Below, piece after piece: positions 1-12,000 of a stretch of DNA of 64,000 nt; positions within the stretch are counted from its first letter, which is position 1; every line of letters starts with the position of its first letter. Both the position numbers and the translations under genes were made by a program. This DNA comes from Eledone cirrhosa (lineage: Eukaryota): positions 8,928,001-8,992,000 of the forward strand of contig OZ024744.1 of NCBI GenBank assembly GCA_964016885.1, in the 5' to 3' direction. Under the pieces are notes generated by a model. It was given only the letters and a program-made list of their open reading frames with translations. It had not been told where the DNA came from and searched no databases.

Positions 1-3000
1 TATTATTTTTCTGCATCCTCCTGCATTGAACCACCTAGATACTATGACATAACCTGTGTATATGCTGACATTAGCGTACATCTGTGCGCATATGTTAGTA
101 GATATACTAAATTCTCTATATTTATATCCAAATCACTTTTTCGAGCAAACCTGCCAAAACCACTACTAAATTTTTGGTGTGTTAGTAGGCTTCTGTCATC
201 TTACCATCCCACTCCTACCGACTAGCCTCAGTGTCACGTGATTGATTCTTTAGAATCTACCATTTGACCAGTGACAGCGAGATTTTCAGTGCATGGAATC
301 CAGTCCCCGCTAGCTGTTCCATTTACCGAATTATTATTATTTTTATATGAGTCCCCAGTGTCCGCGCATTGCCTGGAGACTTAGCTGAGAATAGACCTCC
401 CTGATGATGCAATGAATTCTCAACAGTTTATTACGTAACTGTCTTTATCCCATTGCAGAAACTAATTAGTTGGAGTGAAAATTTTAGTAAGTTAATTTTA
501 AAAAAAATTTTTTTAATTTTCATATTTTACATCTTTTATATTATTGTTCTGCATCCTCCTGCATTGAACCACCTAGGTACTATGACATAACCTGTGTATT
601 TGCTGACATTAGCGTACATCTGTGCGCATATGTTAGTAGATATACTAAATTCTCTATATTTATCTCCAAATCACTTTGTCGAGTAAACCTGCCAAAACCA
701 CTACTAAATTTTTGGTGTGTTAGTAGGCTTCTGTCATCTTACCATCCCACTCCTACCGACTAGCCTCAGTGTCACGTGATTGATTTTTTAGAATCTACCA
801 TTTGACCAGTGACAGCGAGATTTTCAGTGCATGGAATCCAGTCCCGGCTAGCTGTTCCATTTACCGAATTATTATTATTTTTATATATGAGTCCCCAGTG
901 TCCGCGCATTGCCTGGAGACTTAGCTGAGAATAGACCTCCCTGATGACTCAATGAATTCTCAACAGTTTATTACGTAACTGTCTTTATCCCATTGCAGAA
1001 ACTAATAAGTTGGAGTGAAAATTTTAGTAAGTTAATTTTTAAAAAATTTTTTTAAATTTTCTTATTTTACGTCTTTTATATTATTGTTCTGCATCCTCCT
1101 GCATTGAACCACCTAGATACTATGACATAACCTGTGTATTTGCTGACACTAGCGTACATCTGTGCGCATATGTTAGTAGATATACTAAATTCTCTATATT
1201 TATCTGCAAATCACATTGTCGAGCAAACCTGCCAAAACCACTACTAAATTTTTGGTGTGTTAGTAGGCTTCTGTCATCTTACCATCCCACTCCTACCGAC
1301 TAGCCTCAGTGTCACGTGATTGATTCTTTAGAATCTACCATTTGACCAGTGACGGCGAGATTTTCAGTGCATGGAATCCAGTCCCCGCTAGCTGTTCCAT
1401 TTACCGAATTATTATTATTTTTATATGAGTCCCCAGTGTCCGCGCATTGCCTGGAGACTTAGCTGAGAATAGACCTCCCTGATGACGCAATGAATTCTCA
1501 ACAGTTTATTACGTAACTGTCTTTATCCCATTGCAGAAACTAATTAGTTGGAGTGAAAATTTTAGTAAGTAAGTTAATTATTTAAAAATTTTTAAAATTT
1601 TCTTATTTTACGTCTTTTATATTATTGTTCTGCATCCTCCTGCATTGAACCACCTAGATACTATGACATAACCTGTGTATTTGCTGACATTAGCGTACAT
1701 CTGTGCGCATATGTTTGTAGATATACTAAATTCTCTATTTTTAGCTCCAAATCACTTTGTCGAGCAAACCTGCCAAAACCACTACTAAATTTTTGGTGTG
1801 ATAGTAGGCTTCTGTCATCTTACCATCCCACTCCTACCGACTAGCCTCAGTGTCACGTGATTGATTTTTTAGAATCTACCATTTGACCAGTGACAGCGAG
1901 ATTTTCAGTGCATGGAATCCAGTCCCCGCTAGCTGTTCCATTTACCAAATTATTATTATTTTTATATGTGTCCCCAGTGTCCGCGCATTGCCTGGAGACT
2001 TAGCTGAGAATAGACCTCCCTGATGACGCAATTAATTCTCAACAGTTTATTACGTAACTGTCTTTATCCCATTGCAGAAACTAATTAGTTGGAGTGAAAA
2101 TTTTAGTAAGTAAGTTAATTTTTTTAAAAATTTTTTTAATTTTCTTATTTACGTCTTTTATATTATTGTTCTGCATCCTCCTGCATTGAACCACCTAGAT
2201 ACTATGACATGGCCTGTGTATTTGCTGACATTAGCGTGCATCTGTGCGCATATGTTAGTAGATATACTAAATTCTCTATAATCAGTTTGTCGAGCAAACC
2301 TCCAAAACCACTACTAAATTTTTGGTGTGTTAGTAGTCTTCTGTCATCTTACCATCCCACTCCTACCGACTAGCCTCAGTGTCACGTGATTGATTTTTTA
2401 GAATCTACCATTTGAACAGTGACAGCGAGATTTTCAGTGCATGGAATCCAGTCCGCGCTAGCTGTTCCATTTACCGAATTATTATTATTTTTATATGAGT
2501 CCCCAGTGTCCGCGCATTGCCTGGAGACTTAGCTGAGAATAGACCTCCCTGATGATGCAATGAATTCTCAACAGTTTATTACGTAACTGTCTTTATCCCA
2601 TTGCAGAAACTAATTAGTTGGAGTGAAAATTTTAGTAAGTAAGTTAATTTTTAAAAAAATTTTTTTAATTTTCTTATTTTACGTCTTTTATATTATTGTT
2701 CTGCATCCTCCTGCATTGAACCACCTAGGTACTATGACATAACCTGTGTATTTGCTGACATTAGCGTACATCTGTGCGCATATGTTAGTAGATATACTAA
2801 ATTCTCTATATTTAACTCCAAATCAGTTTGTCGAGCAAACCTCCAAAACCACTACTAAATTTTTGGTGTGTTAGTAGGCTTCTGTCATCTTACCATCCCA
2901 CTCCTACCGACTAGCCTCAGTGTCACCTGATTGATTTTTTAGAATCTACCATTTGACCAGTGACAGCGAGATTTTCAGTGCATGGAATCCAGTCCCCGCT

Positions 3001-6000
3001 AGCTGTTCCATTTACCGAATTATTATTATTTTTATATGAGTCCCCAGTGTCCGCGCATTGCCTGGAGACTTAGCTGAGAATAGACCTCCCTGATGACGCA
3101 ATGAATTCTCAACAGTTTATTACGAAACTGTCTTTATCCCATTGCAGAAACTAATTAGTTGGAGTGAAAACTTTAGTAAGTAAGTTAATTTTTTAAACAT
3201 TTTAAAAATTTTCTTATTTTACGTCTTTTATATTATTGTTCTGCATCCTCCTGCATTGAACCACCTAGATACTATGACATAACCTGTGTATTTGCTGACA
3301 TTAGCGTACATCTGTGCGCATATGTTAGTATATATACTAAATTCTCTATATTTATCTCCAAATCAGTTTGTCGAGCAAACCTGCCAAAACCACTACTAAA
3401 TTGTTGGTGTGTTAGTAGGCTTCTGTCATCTTACCATCCCACTCCTACCGACTAGCCTCAGTGTCACGTGATTGATTCTTTAGAATCTACCATTTGACCA
3501 GTGACAGCGAGATTTTCAGTGCATGGAATCCAGTCCCCGCTAGCTGTTCCATTTACCGAATTATTATTATTTTTATATGAGTCCCCAGTGTCCGCGCATT
3601 GCCTGGAGACTTAGCTGAGAATAGACCTCCCTGATGACGCAATGAATTCTCAACAGTTTATTACGTAACTGTCTTTATCCCATTGCAGAAACTAATTAGT
3701 TGGAGTGAACATTTTAGTAAGTAAGTTAATTTTTTAGAAGTTTTTTTTAAATTTCTTATTTTACGTCTTTTGTATTATTTTTCTGCATCCTCCTGCATTG
3801 AACCACCTAGATACTATGACATAACCTGTGTATATGCTGACATTAGCGTACATCTGTGCGCATATGTTAGTAGATATACTAAATTCTCTATATTTATATC
3901 CAAATCACTTTTTCGAGCAAACCTGCCAAAACCACTACTAAATTTTTGGTGTGTTAGTAGGCTTCTGTCATCTTACCATCCCACTCCTACCGACTAGCCT
4001 CAGTGTCACGTGATTGATTCTTTAGAATCTACCATTTGACCAGTGACAGCGAGATTTTCAGTGCATGGAATCCAGTCCCCGCTAGCTGTTCCATTTACCG
4101 AATTATTATTATTTTTATATGAGTCCCCAGTGTCCGCGCATTGCCTGGAGACTTAGCTGAGAATAGACCTCCCTGATGATGCAATGAATTCTCAACAGTT
4201 TATTACGTAACTGTCTTTATCCCATTGCAGAAACTAATTAGTTGGAGTGAAAATTTTAGTAAGTTAATTTTAAAAAAAATTTTTTTAATTTTCATATTTT
4301 ACATCTTTTATATTATTGTTCTGCATCCTCCTGCATTGAACCACCTAGGTACTATGACATAACCTGTGTATTTGCTGACATTAGCGTACATCTGTGCGCA
4401 TATGTTAGTAGATATACTAAATTCTCTATATTTATCTCCAAATCACTTTGTCGAGTAAACCTGCCAAAACCACTACTAAATTTTTGGTGTGTTAGTAGGC
4501 TTCTGTCATCTTACCATCCCACTCCTACCGACTAGCCTCAGTGTCACGTGATTGATTTTTTAGAATCTACCATTTGACCAGTGACAGCGAGATTTTCAGT
4601 GCATCGAATCCAGTCCCGGCTAGCTGTTCCATTTACCGAATTATTATTATTTTTATATATGAGTCCCCAGTGTCCGCGCATTGCCTGGAGACTTAGCTGA
4701 GAATAGACCTCCCTGATGACTCAATGAATTCTCAACAGTTTATTACGTAACTGTCTTTATCCCATTGCAGAAACTAATAAGTTGGAGTGAAAATTTTAGT
4801 AAGTTAATTTTTAAAAAATTTTTTTAAATTTTCTTATTTTACGTCTTTTATATTATTGTTCTGCATCCTCCTGCATTGAACCACCTAGATACTATGACAT
4901 AACCTGTGTATTTGCTGACACTAGCGTACATCTGTGCGCATATGTTAGTAGATATACTAAATTCTCTATATTTATCTGCAAATCACATTGTCGAGCAAAC
5001 CTGCCAAAACCACTACTAAATTTTTGGTGTGTTAGTAGGCTTCTGTCATCTTACCATCCCACTCCTACCGACTAGCCTCAGTGTCACGTGATTGATTCTT
5101 TAGAATCTACCATTTGACCAGTGACGGCGAGATTTTCAGTGCATGGAATCCAGTCCCCGCTAGCTGTTCCATTTACCGAATTATTATTATTTTTATATGA
5201 GTCCCCAGTGTCCGCGCATTGCCTGGAGACTTAGCTGAGAATAGACCTCCCTGATGACGCAATGAATTCTCAACAGTTTATTACGTAACTGTCTTTATCC
5301 CATTGCAGAAACTAATTAGTTGGAGTGAAAATTTTAGTAAGTAAGTTAATTATTTAAAAATTTTTAAAATTTTCTTATTTTACGTCTTTTATATTATTGT
5401 TCTGCATCCTCCTGCATTGAACCACCTAGATACTATGACATAACCTGTGTATTTGCTGACATTAGCGTACATCTGTGCGCATATGTTAGTAGATATACTA
5501 AATTCTCTATTTTTAGCTCCAAATCACTTTGTCGAGCAAACCTGCCAAAACCACTACTAAATTTTTGGTGTGATAGTAGGCTTCTGTCATCTTACCATCC
5601 CACTCCTACCGACTAGCCTCAGTGTCACGTGATTGATTTTTTAGAATCTACCATTTGACCAGTGACAGCGAGATTTTCAGTGCATGGAATCCAGTCCCCG
5701 CTAGCTGTTCCATTTACCAAATTATTATTATTTTTATATGTGTCCCCAGTGTCCGCGCATTGCCTGGAGACTTAGCTGAGAATAGACCTCCCTGATGACG
5801 CAATTAATTCTCAACAGTTTATTACGTAACTGTCTTTATCCCATTGCAGAAACTAATTAGTTGGAGTGAAAATTTTAGTAAGTAAGTTAATTTTTTTAAA
5901 AATTTTTTTAATTTTCTTATTTACGTCTTTTATATTATTGTTCTGCATCCTCCTGCATTGAACCACCTAGATACTATGACATGACCTGTGTATTTGCTGA

Positions 6001-9000
6001 CATTAGCGTGCATCTGTGCGCATATGTTAGTAGATATACTAAATTCTCTATAATCAGTTTGTCGAGCAAACCTCCAAAACCACTACTAAATTTTTGGTGT
6101 GTTAGTAGTCTTCTGTCATCTTACCATCCCACTCCTACCGACTAGCCTCAGTGTCACGTGATTGATTTTTTAGAATCTACCATTTGAACAGTGACAGCGA
6201 GATTTTCAGTGCATGGAATCCAGTCCGCGCTAGCTGTTCCATTTACCGAATTATTATTATTTTTATATGAGTCCCCAGTGTCCGCGCATTGCCTGGAGAC
6301 TTAGCTGAGAATAGACCTCCCTGATGATGCAATGAATTCTCAACAGTTTATTACGTAACTGTCTTTATCCCATTGCAGAAACTAATTAGTTGGAGTGAAA
6401 ATTTTAGTAAGTAAGTTAATTTTTAAAAAAATTTTTTTAATTTTCTTATTTTACGTCTTTTATATTATTGTTCTGCATCCTCCTGCATTGAACCACCTAG
6501 GTACTATGACATAACCTGTGTATTTGCTGACATTAGCGTACATCTGTGCGCATATGTTAGTAGATATACTAAATTCTCTATATTTAACTCCAAATCAGTT
6601 TGTCGAGCAAACCTCCAAAACCACTACTAAATTTTTGGTGTGTTAGTAGGCTTCTGTCATCTTACCATCCCACTCCTACCGACTAGCCTCAGTGTCACCT
6701 GATTGATTTTTTAGAATCTACCATTTGACCAGTGACAGCGAGATTTTCAGTGCATGGAATCCAGTCCCCGCTAGCTGTTCCATTTACCGAATTATTATTA
6801 TTTTTATATGAGTCCCCAGTGTCCGCGCATTGCCTGGAGACTTAGCTGAGAATAGACCTCCCTGATGACGCAATGAATTCTCAACAGTTTATTACGAAAC
6901 TGTCTTTATCCCATTGCAGAAACTAATTAGTTGGAGTGAAAACTTTAGTAAGTAAGTTAATTTTTTAAACATTTTAAAAATTTTCTTATTTTACGTCTTT
7001 TATATTATTGTTCTGCATCCTCCTGCATTGAACCACCGAGATACTATGACATAACCTGTGTATTTGCTGACATTAGCGTACATCTGTGCGCATATGTTAG
7101 TATATATACTAAATTCTCTATATTTATCTCCAAATCAGTTTGTCGAGCAAACCTGCCAAAACCACTACTAAATTGTTGGTGTGTTAGTAGGCTTCTGTCA
7201 TCTTACCATCCCACTCCTACCGACTAGCCTCAGTGTCACGTGATTGATTCTTTAGAATCTACCATTTGACCAGTGTCAGCGAGATTTTCAGTGCATGGAA
7301 TCCAGTCCCCGCTAGCTGTTCCATTTACCGAATTATTATTATTTTTATATGAGTCCCCAGTGTCCGCGCATTGCCTGGAGACTTAGCTGAGAATAGACCT
7401 CCCTGATGACGCAATGAATTCTCAACAGTTTATTACGTAACTGTCTTTATCCCATTGCAGAAACTAATTAGTTGGAGTGAAAATTTTAGTAAGTAAGTTA
7501 ATTTTTAAAAAATTTTTAAAATTTTCTTATTTTACGTCTTTTATATTATTGTTCTGCATCCTCCTGCATTGAACCACCTAGATACTATGACATAACCTGT
7601 GTATTTGCTGACATTAGCGTACATCTGTGCGCATATGTTAGTAGATATACTAAATTCTCTATTTTTAACTCCAAATCACTTTGTCGAGCAAACCTGCCAA
7701 AACCACTACTAAATTTTTGGTGTGATAGTAGGCTTCTGTCATCTTACCATCCCACTCCTACCGACTAGCCTCAGTGTCACGTGATTGATTTTTTAGAATC
7801 TACCATTTGACCAGTGACAGCGAGATTTTCAGTGCATGGAATCCAGTCCCCGCTAGCTGTTCCATTTACCGAATTATTATTATTTTTATATGTGTCCCCA
7901 GTGTCCGCGCATTGCCTGGAGACTTAGCTGAGAATAGACCTCCCTGATGACGCAATGAATTCTCAACAGTTTATTACGTAACTGTCTTTATCCCATTGCA
8001 GAAACTAATTAGTTGGAGTGAAAACTTTAGTAAGTAAGTTAATATTTTTAAAAATTTTTTTAATTTTCTTATTTTACGTCTTTTATATTATTGTTCTGCA
8101 TCCTCCTGCATTGAACCACCTAGATACTATGACATAACCTGTGTATTTGCTGACATTAGCGTGCATCTGTGCGCATATGTTAGTAGAGATACTAAATTCT
8201 CTATATTTATCTCCAAATCAGTTTGTCGAGCAAACCTGCCAAAACCACTACTAAATTTTTGGTGTGTTAGTAGGCTTCTGTCATCTTACCATCCCACTCC
8301 TACCGACTAGCCTCAGTGTCACGTGATTGATTTTTTAGAATCTACCATTTGACCAGTGACAGCGAGATTTTCAGTGCATGGAATCCAGTCCCTGCTAGCT
8401 GTTCCATTTACCGAATTATTATTATTTTTATATGAGTCCCCAGTGTCCGCGCATTGCCTGGAGACTTAGCTGAGAATAGACCTACCTGATGACGCAATGA
8501 ATTCTCAATAGTTTATTACGTAACTGTCTTTATCCCATTGCAGAAACTAATTAGTTGGAGTGAAAATTTTAGTAAGTAGGTTAATTTTTTAAAAAATTTT
8601 TAAAATTTTCTTATTTTACGTCTTTTATATTATTGTTCTGCATCCTCCTGCATTGAACCACCTAGGTACTATGACATAACCTGTGTATTTGCTGACATTA
8701 GCGTACATCTGTGCGCATATGTTAGTAGATATACTAAATTCTCTATATTTAACTCCAAATCACTTTGTCGAGCAAACCTGCCAAAACCACTACTACATTT
8801 TTGGTGTGTTAGTAGGCTTCTGTCATCTTACCATCCCACTCCTACCGACTAGCCTCAGTGTCACGTGATTGATTCTTTAGAATCTACCATTTGACCAGTG
8901 ACAGCGAGATTTTCAGTGCATGGAATCCAGTCCCCGCTAGCTGTTCCATTTACCGAATTATTATTATTTTTATATGAGTCCCCAGTGTCCGCGCATTGCC

Positions 9001-12000
9001 TGGAGACTTAGCTGAGAATAGACCTCCCTGATGACGCAATGAATTCTCAACAGTTTATTACGTAACTGTCTTTATCCCATTGCAGAGACTAATTAGTTGG
9101 AGTGAAAATTTTAGTAAGTAAGTTAATTTTTTAAACATTTTTAAAATTTTCTTATTTTACGTCTTTTATATTATTGTTCTGCATCCTCCTGCATTGAACC
9201 ACCTAGGTACTATGACATAACCTGTGTATTTGCTGACATCAGCGTACATCTGTGCGCATATGTTAGTAGATATACTAAATTCTCTATATTTATCTCCAAA
9301 TCACTTTGTCGAGTAAACCTGCCAAAACCACTACTAAATTTCTGGTGTGTTAGTAGGCTTCTGTCATCTTACCATCCCACTCCTACCGACTAGCCTCAGT
9401 GTCACGTGATTGATTTTTTAGAATCTAACATTTGACCAGTGACAGCTAGATTTTCAGTGCATGGAATCCAGTCCCCGCTAGCTGCTCCATTTACCGAATT
9501 ATTATTATTTTTATATATGAGTCCCCAGTGTCCGCGCATTGCCTGGAGACTTAGCTGAGAATAGACCTCCCTGATGACGCAGTGAATTTTCAACAGTTTA
9601 TTACGTAACTGTCTTTATCCCATTGCAGAAACTAATTAGTTGGAGTGAAAATTTTAGTAAGTAAGTTAATTTTTTAAAAACTTTTTTAAATTTTCTTATT
9701 TTACGTCTTATATATTATTGTTCTGCATCCTCCTGCATTGAACCACCTAGATACTATGACATAACCTGTGTATTTGCTGACATTAGCGTACATATGTGCG
9801 CATATGTTAGTAGATATACTAAATTCTCTATATTTAACTCCAAATCACTATGTCGAGCAAACCTGCCAAAACCACTACTAAATTTTTGGTGTGATAGTAG
9901 GCTTCTGTCATCTTACCATCCCACTCCTACCGACTAGCCTCAGTGTCACGTGATTGATTTTTTAGAATCTACCATTTGACCAGTGACAGCGAGATTTTCA
10001 GTGCATGGAATCCAGTCCCCGCTAGCTGTTCCATTTACCGAATTATTATTATTTTTATATGAGTCCCCAGTGTCCGCGCATTGCCTGGAGACTAAGCTGA
10101 GAATAGACCTCCCTGATGAAGCAATGAATTTTCAACAGTTTATTACGTAACTGTCTTTATCCCATTGCAGAATCTAATTAGTTGGAGTGAAAATTTTAGT
10201 AAGTTAATTTTTAAAAAAAATTTTAAAATTTTCTTATTTTACGTCTTTTATATTATTGTTCTGCCTCCTCCTGCATTGAACCACCTAGGTACTATGACAT
10301 AACCTGTGTATTTGCTGACATCAGCGTTCATCTGTGCGCATATGTTAGTAGATATACTAAATTCTCTATATTTATCTCCAAATCACTTTGTCGAGTAAAC
10401 CTGCCAAAACCACTACTAAATTTCTGGTGTGTTAGTAGGCTTCTGTCATCTTACCATCCCACTCCTATCGACTAGCCTCAGTGTCACGTGATTGATTTTT
10501 TAGAATCTACCATTTGACCAGTGACAGCGAGATTTTCAGTGCATGGAATCCAGTCCCCGCTAGCTGCTCCATTTACCGAATTATTATTATTTTTATATAT
10601 GAGTCCCCAGTGTCCGCGCATTGCCTGGTGACTTAGCTGAGAATAGACCTCCCTGATGACGCAATGAATTCTCAACAGTTTATTACGTAACTGTCTTTGT
10701 CCCATTGCAGAAACTAATAAGTTGGAGTGAAAATTTTAGTAAGTAAGTTAATTTTTTAAAAAATTTTTTAAATTTTCTTATTTTACGTCTTTTATATTAT
10801 TGTTCTGCATCCTCATGCATTGAACCACCTAGATACTATGACATAATCTGTGTATTTGCTGACATTAGCGTACATCTGTGCGCATATGTTAGTAGATATA
10901 CTAAATTCTCTATATTTAACTCCAAATCACTTTGTCGAGCAAACCTGCCAAAACCACTACTAAATTTTTGGTGTGATAGTAGGCTTCTGTCATCTTACCA
11001 TCCCACTCCTACCGACTAGCCTCAGTGTCACGTGATTGATTTTTTAGAATCTACCTTTTGACCAGTGACAGCGAGATTTTCAGTGCATGGAATCCAGTCC
11101 CCGCTAGCTGTTCCATTTACCGAATTATTATTATTTTTATATGTGTCCCCAGTGTCCGCGCATTGCCTGGAGACTTAGCTGAGAATAGACCTCCCTGATG
11201 ACGCAGTGAATTCTCAACAGTTTATTACGTAACTGTCTTTATCCCATTGCAGAAACTAATTAGTTGGAGTGAAAATTTTAGTAAGTAAGTTTATTTTTAA
11301 AAAAATTTTTTAAATTTTCTTATTTTACGTCTTTTATATTATTGTTCTGCATCCTCCTGCATTGAACCACCTAGATACTATGACATAACCTGTGTATTTG
11401 CTGACATTAGCGTACATCTGTGCGCATATGTTAGTAGATATACTAAATTCTCTATATTTAACTCCAAATCACTTTATCGAGCAAACCTGCCAAAACCACT
11501 ACTAAATTTTTGGTGTGTTAGTAGGCTTCTGTCATCTTACCATCCCACTCCTACCGACTAGCCTCAGTGTCACGTGATTGATTCTTTAGAATCTACCATT
11601 TGACCAGTGACAGCGAGATTTTCAGTGCATGGAATCCAGTCCCCGCTAGCTGTTCCATTTACCGAATTATTATTATTTTTATATGAGTCCCCAGTGTCCG
11701 CGCATTGCCTGGAGACTTAGCTGAGAATAGACCTCCCTGATGACGCAATGAATTCTCAACAGTTTATTACGTAACTGTCTTTATCCCATTGCAGAAACTA
11801 ATAAGTTGGAGTGAAAATTTTAGTAAGTTAGTTAATTTTTTTAAAATTTTTTAAAATTTTCTTATTTTACGTCTTTTATATTATTGTTCTGCATCCTCCT
11901 GCATTGAACCACCTAGGTACTATGACATAACCTGTGTATTTGCTGACATTAGCGTACATCTGTGCGCATATGTTAGTAGATATACTAAATTCTCTATATT

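Noticed and set aside
168-177. Sm-binding-site-like AAATTTTTGG (snRNA or SL RNA)
   Set aside because: It is frequently mutated among copies (AATTGTTGG, AATTTCTGG, AACTTTTTGG), and no snRNA or spliced-leader context was recognised.
385-407. C/D snoRNA boxes (CTGA, TGATGA)
   Set aside because: The D-like box precedes the C-like box with no suitable terminal stem; the hammerhead core explains TGATGA better.
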